Shown piece after piece: positions 1 to 11,372 of a stretch of 64,000 nt of DNA (positions within the stretch are counted from its first letter, which is position 1; each line of letters opens with the position of its first letter). Made by a program: the position numbers and the translations under genes. The notes under the pieces were generated by a model. It saw only the letters and a list, made by a program, of their open reading frames with translations. It was not told the origin of the DNA and did no database searches. The DNA comes from Alistipes sp. (GTDB lineage: Bacteria; Bacteroidota; Bacteroidia; Bacteroidales; Rikenellaceae). The stretch spans positions 2,735 through 66,734 of the forward strand of contig JAZQSA010000019.1 in assembly GCA_045629905.1 (NCBI GenBank), given 5' to 3'.

Positions 1-1110
1 GCCATCGAATTGCAACGATATGGCGTTGAGGTGGTCGCTCTCGACCGCTATGCCGACGCCCCTGCGATGCAGGTTGCCCATAAGAGTTACACGCTCTCAA
101 TGCTCGACGGCGAGCGTCTGCGTCAAATTATCGAGACCGAGCAACCCGACCATATTATCCCCGAGGTCGAGGCTATCGCTACCCCAACGCTCGTAGAGTT
201 GGAAAAGGAGGGCTTCAACGTCACTCCAACCGCGAAAGCTGCTTGGCTTACAATGAACCGCGAAGGTATCCGTCGCTTGGCTGCCGAGGAGTTGGGTCTG
301 CCAACTTCGGCCTATCACTTTGCCGAGACCGAACAGGAGTTCAAAGAGGCTGTTGCCGAAATCGGCATTCCTTGCGTTGTTAAGCCGATTATGAGTTCGT
401 CGGGTCACGGTCAAAGCACCATCAAATGCGAAGAGGACATCGACAAAGCTTGGCATATCGCCCAAGAGGGAGGTCGTGCAGGTGCAGGACGTGTTATTGT
501 AGAGCGTTTTGTTGATTTCGACTACGAAATCACACTGCTCACAGTTCGCCATAGTGGCGGCACCACACTCTTGGAGCCAATCGGCCACCATCAGGTCGAT
601 GGCGACTATCGCGAATCGTGGCAGCCACAGCCTATGAGCGTATTGGCCCGTGAGCGCGCAGGCGAAATTGCCTGCAAAATCACAGACGCACTTGGCGGCT
701 ACGGCATATTCGGTGTCGAGATGTTTATCAAGGGTGACAAAGTGATATTCAGCGAGGTTTCGCCTCGTCCGCACGATACCGGTATGGTTACAATGATTTC
801 GCAAGACTTGTCGGAGTTTGCTCTTCACGCTCGTGCTCTGCTCGGTTTGCCAATTCCATCGGTTCGTTTCTTTGGCGCAAGCGCATCGAAAGCCATCGTC
901 GTCGAGGGCGACAGCGACAAAGTCGAATTTGGCAATCTCGACGAGGTGCTATCCGAAGAGGGTGTACAAATCCGCTTGTTCGGTAAGCCGGAGGTAGTCG
1001 GACATCGTCGTTTCGGTGTCATCTTGGCAACCGACCAAACCATCGAAGCCGCACTCGCCAAAGCCGAAAGAGCCTATGCAAAACTAAAAATTGAGGTTTT
1101 ACCGCGATAA
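1..1110 (+). CDS. purT: Formate-dependent phosphoribosylglycinamide formyltransferase (5' end outside window)
   Basis: [25 protein letters not shown] and [14 protein letters not shown]-grasp motifs; frame open from base 1. Confidence 0.95.
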   Translation, partial: AIELQRYGVEVVALDRYADAPAMQVAHKSYTLSMLDGERLRQIIETEQPDHIIPEVEAIATPTLVELEKEGFNVTPTAKAAWLTMNREGIRRLAAEELGLPTSAYHFAETEQEFKEAVAEIGIPCVVKPIMSSSGHGQSTIKCEEDIDKAWHIAQEGGRAGAGRVIVERFVDFDYEITLLTVRHSGGTTLLEPIGHHQVDGDYRESWQPQPMSVLARERAGEIACKITDALGGYGIFGVEMFIKGDKVIFSEVSPRPHDTGMVTMISQDLSEFALHARALLGLPIPSVRFFGASASKAIVVEGDSDKVEFGNLDEVLSEEGVQIRLFGKPEVVGHRRFGVILATDQTIEAALAKAERAYAKLKIEVLPR

Positions 1111-1133
1111 TTCACCAAAAAGGCCGTAAACTA

Positions 1134-1164
1134 TTTGCGATTAGGACAAAAATTCATATCTTTG
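1134..1164 (+). promoter_or_regulatory. Bacteroidetes housekeeping promoter of the pyr operon
   Basis: TTTG (1134-1137), 19 nt spacer, TATCTTTG (1157-1164); matches TTTG-N19-21-TAnnTTTG. Confidence 0.8.
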
Positions 1165-1181
1165 CCCAAATCAAAACAGTA

Positions 1182-1313
1182 ATGAATCAAACATTGCAAA
1201 ACATAGCATCGAAGCGCAAGCCGATTTTGGTCGGTGGAGGTCGAGATTTTCAGCAACCTTACTGTTTTGTTATTGGCGTTAATCGAGTTTATATCGCAAA
1301 TATAATTGTTTAA
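1182..1313 (+). CDS. Putative pyr leader peptide, 43 aa (MNQTLQNIASKRKPILVGGGRDFQQPYCFVIGVNRVYIANIIV)
   Basis: ATG 1182 to TAA 1311-1313, between promoter and terminator; T-rich 3' half. Confidence 0.6.
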   Translation: MNQTLQNIASKRKPILVGGGRDFQQPYCFVIGVNRVYIANIIV

Positions 1314-1317
1314 TTAT

Positions 1318-1347
1318 CAGGCGGCCTTATCGGGTCGCCTGTTTTTT
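1318..1347 (+). terminator. Attenuator-type intrinsic terminator upstream of pyrC
   Basis: CAGGCGGCC/GGTCGCCTG stem then TTTTTT, ending 9 nt before the pyrC ATG. Confidence 0.8.
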
Positions 1348-1356
1348 ATAACTACG

Positions 1357-2631
1357 ATGACCAACACAACCGACATACTAATACGCAACGGTTTACTTGT
1401 AGCCGAAGGCCGTTCAATGCAGGGTGACCTCCTTATCAGAGAGGGTCGCATTGCTGCCATTGCCGACCATATAGAGGTCGATGCAGAGGTCGAAATTATC
1501 GACGCCAAAGGTTGCGTAGTAACATACGGTTTAGCCGATGTACACGTTCATCTGCGCGAGCCTGGCTTTTCGGCCAAAGAGACCATCGCCTCGGGAACTC
1601 GTGCAGCAGCTCACGGAGGCGTAACAACCGTATGTGCAATGCCAAATCTTAATCCTGCGCCCGACACTGTCGATAACCTCGCCATAGAGCAACAACTCAT
1701 CGACGAGCAGGCGGTTGTCGAGGTACGACCTTATGCGGCCATCACACTCAATCGTGCCGGTCGTGAGATTGTCGATATTGAGGCATTAAAGGGGTCGGCT
1801 GTCGCATTTTCCGACGATGGCAGTGGCGTACAAGACGAGGCGATTATGCTCGAAGCAATGCGTCGCATAGCCGCAACCGACACCATTTTAGCCGCCCACT
1901 GCGAAGACGAGAGTCTGCTACACGGAGGCTATATCCACGATGGCGAATATGCCCAACAGCACAACCATCGAGGCATCTGTTCCGAGAGTGAATGGGGGCC
2001 AATCGTTCGCGATATGGAGCTGGTTGCAAAGACAGGTTGCCGTTATCATATATGCCATATGTCGGCTGCCGAAAGTGTTGAAGCACTGCGTCGAGGTAAG
2101 GCTCGCGGACTCAATGTAAGCGGAGAGACCGGACCTCACTACCTTGTCCTCTGCGACGAAGATTTGAAGGAGGAGGGTCGCTTCAAGATGAATCCGCCAA
2201 TCCGTTCAAAGAGTGACCGCGAAGCACTAATTCGTGGTATCCAAGACGGGACAATCGAGGTCATTGCAACCGACCACGCACCCCATACAGCCGAAGAGAA
2301 ATCGCGCGGTTTGGAGGGTAGTGCAATGGGTGTTGTCGGATTAGAAACCTCGTTTGCAGTCATATATACCCACCTTGTCCGCACGGGTATAATCACCATC
2401 GAGCGAGCTATCGAGCTGATGTGTGACAACCCGCGTCGCATATTCCGTCTTGGCGGAGGTTTGCGCATAGGCGAACGTGCCGACATCGCGATATTCGACA
2501 TCACAACCCCATATCGCATCGACAGCACCACCTTCCATTCGGCTGGTCGTGCCACACCTTTCGAAGGTATGGAGGTTTGGGGTCGTTGCCGTACCACGCT
2601 TGTTGGAGGCGTTAAAGTTTGGAATGAATAG
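1357..2631 (+). CDS. pyrC: Dihydroorotase
   Basis: DVHVHLREPG, KMNPPIRS, IATDHAPH; start set at ATG 1357 (MTNTT). Confidence 0.95.
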   Translation: MTNTTDILIRNGLLVAEGRSMQGDLLIREGRIAAIADHIEVDAEVEIIDAKGCVVTYGLADVHVHLREPGFSAKETIASGTRAAAHGGVTTVCAMPNLNPAPDTVDNLAIEQQLIDEQAVVEVRPYAAITLNRAGREIVDIEALKGSAVAFSDDGSGVQDEAIMLEAMRRIAATDTILAAHCEDESLLHGGYIHDGEYAQQHNHRGICSESEWGPIVRDMELVAKTGCRYHICHMSAAESVEALRRGKARGLNVSGETGPHYLVLCDEDLKEEGRFKMNPPIRSKSDREALIRGIQDGTIEVIATDHAPHTAEEKSRGLEGSAMGVVGLETSFAVIYTHLVRTGIITIERAIELMCDNPRRIFRLGGGLRIGERADIAIFDITTPYRIDSTTFHSAGRATPFEGMEVWGRCRTTLVGGVKVWNE

Positions 2632-2643
2632 AAACTATATACA

Positions 2644-3735
2644 ATGATGAAACAACCCGACAAAAAATTAGTTCTCGACAACGGCCGTGAATTTGTTGGC
2701 TATGGATTTGGCGCCAACAACAATGCCGTATGCGAGATTTCTTTCAACTCATCGGTTGTGGGTTACCAAGAGATTATCTCCGACCCATCGACAACCAATC
2801 AAATCGTAGTGATGACCTATCCGACAATCGGCAACTACGGTATCAACGACGAGGATTTCGAATCCAAGTCGGTAGGCATCGGAGGCCTGGTTGTCCGCGA
2901 GTATTGCGACACGCCAAGCAACTTCCGTTACACGAAGACCATCAACGAGGTTATGGAAGAGTGCTCCATACCTGGCATCTACGGCGTTGACACCCGTATG
3001 ATTACCCGTGTTATCCGCGATAATTGCTGCCGCAAGGCCGCAATCGTGTCGCTCGACACTACGACCGAAGAGGCTCTGCAAATGATTGCTAACTGCCCCG
3101 ACAATCACAACATCATCGACCGAGTTAGTTGTCGCAAACGTTGGTATTCGCGCACACCAAACCACAAATACGACGTTGTAGCCATCGACTGCGGCATCAA
3201 ACTCAACACCGTAGCAGCTCTCAACGCTCGTGGTTGCAACGTAGTCATTGTTCCCTACAACACACCTATCGAGGATATTTTGGCATTCAACCCCGATGGC
3301 ATATTGATTTCGAACGGCCCAAGCAACCCTAACGACCTACCACAAGTTGTCGAATTGATTAAGGCTCTTCGTTCGCGTCTGCCAATCTTCGGTATCAGCC
3401 TCGGCCACCAACTCATTGCTCTCGCCTATGGTGCAACCTGCACAGAGCATAGTTACAGCAAGGCCGGCAGCCACCCTATCCGCAATACGCTTACTGGTCA
3501 TATCCGTACAGCAGCCATCGACAACCACTTTACAATCGACCGCACATCGCTCGAAAGCACGCCTCTCAACATCACCCACGAGGACATTTTGGAGCAGAGC
3601 ATTGCCGGTGTAGAGTATCGTCACGACAAGATTTTCTCGGTGCAGTTCCACCCAGAGGGCGCACCGGGTTCCAACGACAATATATCGCTTTTCGACAAAT
3701 TTATCAAATTGATGGAGGAGAACAAACATGCCTAA
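2644..3735 (+). CDS. carA: Carbamoyl-phosphate synthase small subunit; catalytic Cys replaced by Ser
   Basis: [22 protein letters not shown] (canonical FGICLGHQ), SVQFHPE. Confidence 0.93.
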   Translation: MMKQPDKKLVLDNGREFVGYGFGANNNAVCEISFNSSVVGYQEIISDPSTTNQIVVMTYPTIGNYGINDEDFESKSVGIGGLVVREYCDTPSNFRYTKTINEVMEECSIPGIYGVDTRMITRVIRDNCCRKAAIVSLDTTTEEALQMIANCPDNHNIIDRVSCRKRWYSRTPNHKYDVVAIDCGIKLNTVAALNARGCNVVIVPYNTPIEDILAFNPDGILISNGPSNPNDLPQVVELIKALRSRLPIFGISLGHQLIALAYGATCTEHSYSKAGSHPIRNTLTGHIRTAAIDNHFTIDRTSLESTPLNITHEDILEQSIAGVEYRHDKIFSVQFHPEGAPGSNDNISLFDKFIKLMEENKHA

Positions 3736-6700
3736 AAGAACAGATATAAAGAAGGTTTTGGTCATCGGCTCCGGCCCTATCGTAATCGGTCAGGCTGCCG
3801 AATTTGACTACGCAGGTACACAGGCCTGCCTTGCTCTCAAAGAGGAGGGCTATGAGGTTATCCTCGTCAATTCCAACCCTGCTACCATTATGACCGACAC
3901 GTTTATTGCCGACAAGGTCTATATGGAGCCTCTCAAATTGGAGTATGTAGCAAAGATTATCCGCTACGAGCGTCCCGACGCTATCGTACCTGGTCTTGGT
4001 GGCCAGACGGGCCTTAACTTGGCTGTACAGTTGGCCAAGAAGGGCATCTTGGAGGAGTGTCAGGTCGAGATTCTCGGAACGTCGTTCCGCAGTATCGAAC
4101 AGGCCGAAGACCGCGAGCTCTTCAAGGAGTTGTGCATAAGCCTCGGCGAGCCGGTTATTCCATCGGAGATTGTCTATTCGGTCGAGGAGGCCGTAAAGGT
4201 TGCCGAAAAGATTACCTACCCCGTAGTTTTGCGTCCTGCCTTCACTCTTGGAGGCTCGGGTGGCGGTTTTGCCGACAATGAGCAGGAGTTGCGCGAGATG
4301 ATGCGTAACGCATTAGCCATTTCGCCCGTACATCAGGTATTGGTCGAAAAGAGCATCAAGGGCTACAAGGAGATTGAGTTCGAGGTAATGCGCGACAAAA
4401 ACGACACGGCTATCGCCATTTGTAGTATGGAGAACGTAGACCCTGTCGGCATACACACAGGCGACTCGATTGTCGTAGCACCAGCGCAGACCCTTACCAA
4501 CAAAGAGTTCCAGATGTTGCGCGACAGTGCTTTGCGTCTGATTCGCGCACTGAAAATTGAGGGTGGTTGTAACGTACAGTTTGCGCTCGACCCACTCTCG
4601 TTCAAATACTATATCATCGAGGTTAATCCGCGTGTTTCGCGCTCATCGGCCCTCGCATCGAAGGCCAGCGGCTACCCTATCGCTCGCGTAACGGCCAAAG
4701 TCGCCGTGGGTATGACTCTCGACGAGATTCAGTTGGCAAGCACGCCTGCCTGCTTCGAGCCTGCACTCGACTACGTTGTGACCAAGGTAGCCCGCTTCCC
4801 ATTCGACAAATTCAGCGAAGCAAGCAACGAATTGGGTACACAGATGAAGGCTACGGGCGAGGTTATGAGTATTGGTCGCACCATCGAGGAGAGTTTGCTC
4901 AAAGCAATCCGTTCGCTCGAAACGGGCGTGTGCCATATCCACAACAAGAAGTTCGATGATATGTCCACGCAGGATATGTTGCAATACATCACCCGCAGCA
5001 CCGACGACCGCATCTACGCCATCGCCGAGTTGTTGCGTCGTGGCATCGACCGTTCGCTTATCTACGACCGCACAAAAATTGATATGTTCTTCCTCAAAAA
5101 GTTCAAGAACATAGTCGAAATGGAGCGCATCGTAGCCGAAAACAGAGGCAACAAGGAGATTTTACTCGAAGCCAAGCGTATGGGTTTTGGTGACAAGTTT
5201 ATCGGCCAACTCTGGGGTATGAGCGAATGTGAACTCTTTGAATTGCGCGAAAGTCTCGACGTAAAGCCTGTCTACAAGATGATTGACACCTGTGCAGCCG
5301 AATATTCGGCATACGTTCCATACTTCTACTCGACCTACGAGCAGGAGAATGAATCGCCAATCAGCAATCGTCGCAAAATCGTTGTTCTCGGTTCGGGTCC
5401 AATCCGTATCGGTCAGGGTGTCGAGTTCGACTATTCGACCGTACACGCTATTTGGGCTATTCGCGAAGCGGGCTATGAAGCTATCATCATCAACAATAAC
5501 CCGGAGACCGTTTCGACCGACTACACCATCTCCGACAAGCTCTACTTCGAGCCTCTGACAGTCGAGAATGTGATGAATATTATCCGTATGGAGCAACCCG
5601 AGGGCGTTATCGTAACACTCGGTGGTCAAACGGCAATCAATCTTGCTAAACCGCTCGTACAGATGGGCGTCAAGATTATAGGTACCGACTTGGAGGCTAT
5701 CGACAAGGCCGAGGACCGCAAACTCTTCGAGGCCATTATGCGCGAGGTTGGTATTCCGCAACCACAAGCCAAAGCCGTAACCGATATCGAAGATGGCGTT
5801 CAGGCAGCCGAGCAGATTGGTTATCCGGTACTCGTTCGCCCAAGTTTTGTGCTTGGAGGTCGTGCTATGCAGATTGTCGGCAATGAGCAGGCTCTGCGCC
5901 ACTATCTGCACAATGCCGTTGAGGTAAACGAAGACTCACCTGTTTTGGTCGATAAATATATTATGGGTCGCGAGGCCGAAGTTGATGCTATCTGCGACGG
6001 TACCGACGTATTTATTCCTGGTATTATGGAGCACGTCGAGCGCACAGGTATCCACTCGGGCGACTCTATCAGCGTATACCCTTCGTTCAGTTTGAGCGAC
6101 GAGGTTAAGAAGCAGATGATTGACTACACCGTTCGTCTTGGTAAAGCAATCGGCATCGTTGGTCTTTACAATATCCAATTTATTGTCGATGAGGAGGATA
6201 AGGTCTACGTTATCGAGGTCAATCCGCGTTCGTCGCGTACCGTGCCATTCCTCTCGAAATCGACCAATATACCGATGGCGAAGATTGCAACGCGCGTTAT
6301 GCTCGGTCACTCGCTCAAAGAGCAAGGCTACACCGAGGTCTATCCGGCAGAGCGCAAGCGATTCTTTATTAAGACCCCTGCATTCTCATTCGCGAAGATT
6401 AAGGGTATCGACACATATCTTTCGCCAGAGATGAAATCGACAGGAGAGGCTATCGGCTACGACAACTCGATGACCCGTGCACTCTACAAGTCGTTGCAGG
6501 CTTCGGGTATGGAGGTTGTAAACTACGGAACAATCCTCGTAACACTGGCCGACCACGACAAGGAGCGCGCACTGCCTTTGATTCAACGCTTCTACAACCT
6601 CGGTTTCAACATCGAGGCGACACGCGGTACCGCCGACTTCTTGCGCGAGCACGGTTTGCGTACCCGTAAGTTGAGCAAAATCAACGAGGGTAGCGACGAT

Positions 6701-6922
6701 ATTTACCGCTCGCTTGCGCGTGGCCACGTCAATTATGTCATCAACACTATCGACCTCAATCAGCACAACACACGTCTCGACGGTTATGAGATTCGTCGTG
6801 CTGCGGTCGAGAACAATGTTACGATATTCACATCGCTCGAAACTGTCAGCGTACTGCTCAACGTCTTGGAAGAGATTACGCTTGGCGTATCGACCATCGA
6901 TGCCGACTGCGAAACAAAATAG
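3728..6922 (+). CDS. carB: Carbamoyl-phosphate synthase large subunit
   Basis: [28 protein letters not shown], two ATP-grasp halves, C-terminal MGS-like domain. Confidence 0.98.
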   Translation: MPKRTDIKKVLVIGSGPIVIGQAAEFDYAGTQACLALKEEGYEVILVNSNPATIMTDTFIADKVYMEPLKLEYVAKIIRYERPDAIVPGLGGQTGLNLAVQLAKKGILEECQVEILGTSFRSIEQAEDRELFKELCISLGEPVIPSEIVYSVEEAVKVAEKITYPVVLRPAFTLGGSGGGFADNEQELREMMRNALAISPVHQVLVEKSIKGYKEIEFEVMRDKNDTAIAICSMENVDPVGIHTGDSIVVAPAQTLTNKEFQMLRDSALRLIRALKIEGGCNVQFALDPLSFKYYIIEVNPRVSRSSALASKASGYPIARVTAKVAVGMTLDEIQLASTPACFEPALDYVVTKVARFPFDKFSEASNELGTQMKATGEVMSIGRTIEESLLKAIRSLETGVCHIHNKKFDDMSTQDMLQYITRSTDDRIYAIAELLRRGIDRSLIYDRTKIDMFFLKKFKNIVEMERIVAENRGNKEILLEAKRMGFGDKFIGQLWGMSECELFELRESLDVKPVYKMIDTCAAEYSAYVPYFYSTYEQENESPISNRRKIVVLGSGPIRIGQGVEFDYSTVHAIWAIREAGYEAIIINNNPETVSTDYTISDKLYFEPLTVENVMNIIRMEQPEGVIVTLGGQTAINLAKPLVQMGVKIIGTDLEAIDKAEDRKLFEAIMREVGIPQPQAKAVTDIEDGVQAAEQIGYPVLVRPSFVLGGRAMQIVGNEQALRHYLHNAVEVNEDSPVLVDKYIMGREAEVDAICDGTDVFIPGIMEHVERTGIHSGDSISVYPSFSLSDEVKKQMIDYTVRLGKAIGIVGLYNIQFIVDEEDKVYVIEVNPRSSRTVPFLSKSTNIPMAKIATRVMLGHSLKEQGYTEVYPAERKRFFIKTPAFSFAKIKGIDTYLSPEMKSTGEAIGYDNSMTRALYKSLQASGMEVVNYGTILVTLADHDKERALPLIQRFYNLGFNIEATRGTADFLREHGLRTRKLSKINEGSDDIYRSLARGHVNYVINTIDLNQHNTRLDGYEIRRAAVENNVTIFTSLETVSVLLNVLEEITLGVSTIDADCETK

Positions 6923-6930
6923 AACCGACT

Positions 6931-7668
6931 ATGCAACCAGCTATTTTTGAGATAGTATCAAATCGCCAACTCACGCCTTTGGTCTACGAGATGAAACTCG
7001 TGGGCGACACGTCGGCTATCAAACGTGCAGGAGAGTTTGTCGAGGTCTCGATTGAGGGCCTGTTTCTGCGACGCCCCATTTCGGTCTGCGACTTCGATAA
7101 CGGCCGTTTAACATTGGTCTACAAGGTTGTGGGCAAAGGCACAGCGGCAATGGCTACGATGCAGAAAGGCGTCAAGGCCGACCTTCTGACCGGACTTGGC
7201 AATGGTTTCAATGCCGAGGCTGCGGGCAATACTCCGCTCTTGGTCGGTGGAGGTGTCGGCGTTCCGCCTCTCTACCGCCTATCTCGCGAGTTATTAGCCA
7301 AAGGCCTTCGTCCGACGGTTATTTTGGGCTTCAATAGAGCCGACGAAATCTTCTACGAAGAGGAGTTTAAGGCCTTGGGAGTTGATGTTGTCATCGCAAC
7401 AGCCGATGGCTCGAAGGGCGTCAAAGGCTTTGTTACAGATGCTATTCGCGAAATCGGCAAGGAGTTCGACTATCTCTATTCGTGCGGTCCGCTTCCGATG
7501 TTGAAGGCTTTGGCTCAAAGTTGCTCGTGTGACGGAGAGTTGAGTCTCGAAGAGCGTATGGGTTGCGGGTTTGGTATCTGTATGGGTTGTAGCATTAACA
7601 CCCGCACAGGAGCAAAGCGCGTATGTAAAGAGGGCCCTGTATTCAAAAAGGAGGATATTATATGGTAA
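6931..7668 (+). CDS. pyrK: Dihydroorotate dehydrogenase electron transfer subunit
   Basis: RRPIS, GGGVGVPP, EERMGCGFGICMGC...VCKEGPVF 2Fe-2S motif. Confidence 0.93.
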   Translation: MQPAIFEIVSNRQLTPLVYEMKLVGDTSAIKRAGEFVEVSIEGLFLRRPISVCDFDNGRLTLVYKVVGKGTAAMATMQKGVKADLLTGLGNGFNAEAAGNTPLLVGGGVGVPPLYRLSRELLAKGLRPTVILGFNRADEIFYEEEFKALGVDVVIATADGSKGVKGFVTDAIREIGKEFDYLYSCGPLPMLKALAQSCSCDGELSLEERMGCGFGICMGCSINTRTGAKRVCKEGPVFKKEDIIW

Positions 7669-8576
7669 GAGATTTATCGACCTCGCTCTGCGGAGTAGAG
7701 TTGGACAACCCGATTATCCCAGCAAGTGGCACATTCGGCTTTGGCGAGGAGATGTCGGAGGTCTACGACCTCGACATTTTAGGCTCTATATCGTTCAAGG
7801 GAACTACGCGCGAAGCCCGCTTCGGCAACCCTACACCACGCATTGCCGAGTGCAGCAGTGGAATGATTAACTCGGTTGGTCTGCAAAATCCGGGTATCGA
7901 CAATGTTATTGCTCACGAACTTCCTCGATTGCGCGAGCTTTTTCACAAACCGATTATTGCCAACATCAGCGGTTTCTCGATTGACGAATACTGCGAATGT
8001 TGTGCTAAAATCGACCGCGAGGAGCAGGTTGCAATCATCGAGGTCAATGTTTCGTGCCCTAATGTGCATAACGGAGGTATGGCCTTTGGCACATCGGCCG
8101 AATCGGCAGCCGAGGTTACACGAGCCGTAAAGAGTGTTACGACCAAGCCCGTGTTTATCAAGTTGAGCCCCAACGTCACCGATATTGTTGCCATTGCCCG
8201 AGCTTGCGAAGAGGCAGGTGCCGATGGTCTGACACTTATCAACACAATGCTCGGTATGCGCATCGACATTGCCCGACGCAAACCCGTTATAGCAAACAAA
8301 ATGGGAGGCTTCTCGGGTCGTGCTATCTTCCCTGTTGCCCTGCGTATGGTCTATCAGGTTGCGCAAGCGTGCCAGATTCCGATTATCGGTTGTGGCGGTG
8401 TTGCTACGGCCGAAGATGCAATAGAAATGATGATGGCCGGAGCTTCGGCCGTACAGGTTGGAGCCGAAAATCTGCGTAACCCTTACGTTTGCAAAGAGAT
8501 TATCGAGGCCCTGCCGACAACGATGCAACGACTCGGCATCGAGCGTTTGAAAGATATTATAGGAGTTGTAAAATAA
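7662..8576 (+). CDS. pyrD: Dihydroorotate dehydrogenase family 1B catalytic subunit
   Basis: [34 protein letters not shown]; paired with pyrK. Confidence 0.95.
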   Translation: MVRDLSTSLCGVELDNPIIPASGTFGFGEEMSEVYDLDILGSISFKGTTREARFGNPTPRIAECSSGMINSVGLQNPGIDNVIAHELPRLRELFHKPIIANISGFSIDEYCECCAKIDREEQVAIIEVNVSCPNVHNGGMAFGTSAESAAEVTRAVKSVTTKPVFIKLSPNVTDIVAIARACEEAGADGLTLINTMLGMRIDIARRKPVIANKMGGFSGRAIFPVALRMVYQVAQACQIPIIGCGGVATAEDAIEMMMAGASAVQVGAENLRNPYVCKEIIEALPTTMQRLGIERLKDIIGVVK

Positions 8577-8583
8577 TAGAGAT

Positions 8584-9285
8584 ATGGCAAAAGATGTAAT
8601 TATTGCTTGCGATTTCAGCAGCAAAGAACAGACTCTCGCATTCCTCGACCGCTTTACGGGTCGTAAACCATTTGTAAAAATCGGTATGGAGCTATTCTAT
8701 GCCGAAGGACCGGCTATCGTGCGCGAAATCAAGGCCCGTGGTCACAAGATTTTCCTCGACCTCAAATTGCACGATATTCCAAACACCGTACGCAAAGCAA
8801 TGAGCGTACTTTCGCGCCTCGATGTCGATATGACCAACGTTCACGCAGCAGGCACTGTCGATATGATGCGTGCGGCTCTCGAAGGCTTGACACGTGCCGA
8901 TGGCACTCGCCCACTCCTTATCGCCGTAACGCAACTCACCTCGACAAGCGAGGAGCGTATGCAGAAGGAGTTGCTTATCGGTGCTACAATTAACGATACG
9001 ATTGCCAAATATGCCGAAAATGCAAAGGAGGCAGGTCTCGATGGCGTCGTATGCTCACCACTCGAAGCGCATCTGGTTAAGGAGCGTTGTGGTGCATCGT
9101 TTGCAGCCATCACACCTGGCATTCGCTTTGCCGATGCTGCTGCCGACGACCAGGTACGCATCACAACCCCGGCACGCGCTCGCGAAATAGGCTCGGACTA
9201 TATTGTTGTCGGACGACCTGTAACGGCAGCCGACGACCCTGTGGCGGCATACGAGCGTTGCTGCAAAGAATTTTTGGGAGAATAA
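8584..9285 (+). CDS. pyrF: Orotidine-5'-phosphate decarboxylase
   Basis: [22 protein letters not shown]. Confidence 0.97.
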   Translation: MAKDVIIACDFSSKEQTLAFLDRFTGRKPFVKIGMELFYAEGPAIVREIKARGHKIFLDLKLHDIPNTVRKAMSVLSRLDVDMTNVHAAGTVDMMRAALEGLTRADGTRPLLIAVTQLTSTSEERMQKELLIGATINDTIAKYAENAKEAGLDGVVCSPLEAHLVKERCGASFAAITPGIRFADAAADDQVRITTPARAREIGSDYIVVGRPVTAADDPVAAYERCCKEFLGE

Positions 9286-9303
9286 CACAAAACGAGTAGA
9301 GAT

Positions 9304-9936
9304 ATGAAAAACATTATTGCAAAAGAGTTGCTCTCGATTGGCGCAGTATTTCTCCGCCCCGACGAGCCATTCACTTGGGCCAGTGGCATCAAAAGCCCGA
9401 TATATTGCGACAACCGCCTGACGCTCTCCGCACCACGCGTACGCGAGAAAATTGAGGCAGGACTCGCCGACCTTATTCGCACACATTTCCCGGAGTGTCA
9501 ATCGGTTATGGGCACATCGACCGCAGGTATCGCCCACGCGGCTATCGTTGCGACATTGCTCGATATGCCTATGGGTTATGTGCGTAGTGGGGCAAAAGAC
9601 CACGGCCGCGCCAACCGTATTGAGGGTAAACTCGAACCCGGAACAAAGGTTGTTGTTGTCGAGGACCTTATCTCGACGGGTGGTAGCTGTATCGAGGTTG
9701 TCGATGCTCTGCGCGAGGCAGGTGCCGAAGTGTTGGGCATCGTCAGCATCTTCACATACGGAATGAAGCGTGGTTTGGAGCGCATTGCTGCGGCCAACAC
9801 CGTAAACTACTCGCTTTCGAATCTCGACGCACTTGTCGAGGTTGCAGCCGAAGAGGGTTACATCGCCTCGGAGTGGAAGCAGCGCATACTCGCCTTCCGC
9901 GACAACCCTTCGGACGAGAGTTGGAGAACAATCTAA
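9304..9936 (+). CDS. pyrE: Orotate phosphoribosyltransferase
   Basis: [14 protein letters not shown]; [16 protein letters not shown] motif. Confidence 0.97.
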   Translation: MKNIIAKELLSIGAVFLRPDEPFTWASGIKSPIYCDNRLTLSAPRVREKIEAGLADLIRTHFPECQSVMGTSTAGIAHAAIVATLLDMPMGYVRSGAKDHGRANRIEGKLEPGTKVVVVEDLISTGGSCIEVVDALREAGAEVLGIVSIFTYGMKRGLERIAAANTVNYSLSNLDALVEVAAEEGYIASEWKQRILAFRDNPSDESWRTI

Positions 9937-9960
9937 TCACAAAGCCAAAAACCCAAAACT

Positions 9961-11040
9961 ATGAAACACCTTATAGACCCAACCGACCTTACTCGCAACG
10001 AGACCGACGATATTGTATCGCTCGCGGAGGATATCATTACCAATCGCGCAAAATATAGCGAGCGTATGAAGGGTAAAAAACTCGCTACGCTGTTCTATGA
10101 GCCAAGCACTCGTACTCGATTGAGCTTCACGGCTGCAATGATGGAGTTGGGAGGCAATGTTCTCGGTTTTGCCGATGCTCGCTCCTCGTCGGTAAGCAAA
10201 GGCGAGACGGTTGAGGATACGGTCCGCGTAGTTGGTTGCTTTGCCGATGTTATTGCGATGCGCCATCATATCGAGGGCGCACCTCTGGCCGCTACCAACG
10301 TGTCGCGCGTGCCGATTATCAATGCCGGCGACGGTTCGCATAGCCACCCAACGCAGACGCTGACCGACCTGCTTACCATTAAGCGCGAACTCGGCCACCT
10401 CGACAACCTCACAATAGGTTTCTGTGGCGACTTGCGTTTTGGTCGCACCGTTCACTCGCTTATCAAGGCGATGTCGCGCTACGAAGGCACGAAGGTCGTA
10501 CTGATAGCACCTAACGAGCTGCGTCTGCCCGACTACATCAAGCACGACGTATGCGACCGCAACGGCATCGAATATCGCGAAGTGGAGTCAATCGAAGAGG
10601 TTATCGGCGAGTTGGACGTACTCTATATGACCCGCGTACAAAAGGAGCGTTTCCTCGACGAAGACGAATTTGACCGCGTAAAAGATTGTTTCGTACTCGA
10701 TTGCGAGAAACTCAAAGCCGCAAAGCAGAAGATGGCTATTCTCCACCCACTGCCTCGCGTAAACGAGATTTTGAAGGAGGTCGATGCCGACCCTCGCGCA
10801 GCATACTTCCGCCAAGTTGAGAACGGTAAATTTGTCCGTATGGCACTTATCTGCCGCCTTATCGATTGGCAGAACGACGAGCAGCACTCTATGCCAAAGC
10901 GCCACGATAAGGTCGATATGCCGACTCTGCGTTGCCCTAACCCTAAATGTATCTGCAACAACGAAGAGATTGAGCAAGAGTTCCACCTCTCCGAGAGTGG
11001 CGTCTATCGTTGCATCTATTGCGACACAAAGGCAAGATAG
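9961..11040 (+). CDS. pyrB: Aspartate carbamoyltransferase with fused C-terminal PyrI-like Zn domain
   Basis: FYEPSTRT, HPTQTLTD, HPLPR; C-terminal CPNPKC...CIYC. Confidence 0.95.
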   Translation: MKHLIDPTDLTRNETDDIVSLAEDIITNRAKYSERMKGKKLATLFYEPSTRTRLSFTAAMMELGGNVLGFADARSSSVSKGETVEDTVRVVGCFADVIAMRHHIEGAPLAATNVSRVPIINAGDGSHSHPTQTLTDLLTIKRELGHLDNLTIGFCGDLRFGRTVHSLIKAMSRYEGTKVVLIAPNELRLPDYIKHDVCDRNGIEYREVESIEEVIGELDVLYMTRVQKERFLDEDEFDRVKDCFVLDCEKLKAAKQKMAILHPLPRVNEILKEVDADPRAAYFRQVENGKFVRMALICRLIDWQNDEQHSMPKRHDKVDMPTLRCPNPKCICNNEEIEQEFHLSESGVYRCIYCDTKAR

Positions 11041-11057
11041 GTGTTTTATTCTACCCC

Positions 11058-11098
11058 AAAACATAGGCTGTCATCTTTCGGTGACAGCCTATGTTTTT
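11058..11098. terminator. Bidirectional terminator between the convergent pyr and pur operons
   Basis: AAAACATAGGCTGTCA / TGACAGCCTATGTTTT perfect inverted repeat with A and T tracts. Confidence 0.88.
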
Positions 11099-11100
11099 AA

Positions 11101-11206
11101 TAGGTGATGGGTAGAATGAGGAGAATGGATAGAATATACGATTTTGGCTTAAAAGTAATTTTCAGACCACCCCAACTACCCAGTATACCCAAACTCCCCA
11201 GTCTAC
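11101..11206. repeat. Two degenerate 9-mer tandem arrays
   Basis: TAGGTGATG GGTAGAATG AGGAGAATG GATAGAATA (11101-11136); CCCAACTAC CCAGTATAC CCAAACTCC CCAGTCTAC (11171-11206). Confidence 0.55.
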
Positions 11207-11247
11207 TCCGCCAATAACAAGAGACACCGCCCAAATCAGCACGACAG

Positions 11248-11372
11248 AAATTGCATTTTAGGCAAGCAGCTGCAAGGTTTGCGAAAATCCCCAAGGCAGG
11301 AGCATACTCGGCGTATGTGACCGTCTTGGGGATTGAGCATAACGCAGCAAATGCTGCATAGAATCAATTTTA
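11248..11372 (+). repeat. 125-nt rod hairpin element, copy A (overlaps purB stop)
   Basis: AAATTGCATTTTAG...AATCAATTT ends; AATCCCCAAGGC/GTCTTGGGGATT stem; GCATAC-TCGGC-GTATGT apex. Confidence 0.85.

Noticed and set aside
1165-1350. PyrR-binding attenuator
   Set aside because: No AGUCCnGnGAGG-like PyrR loop seen and no pyrR gene in the window.
1306-1356. N-terminal extension of pyrC in the ORF track; similar extensions for purL (23246), guaA (25755), 49170, 47013 and 63429
   Set aside because: They run through terminators, repeats, promoters or neighbouring genes; downstream ATGs match the family N-termini.
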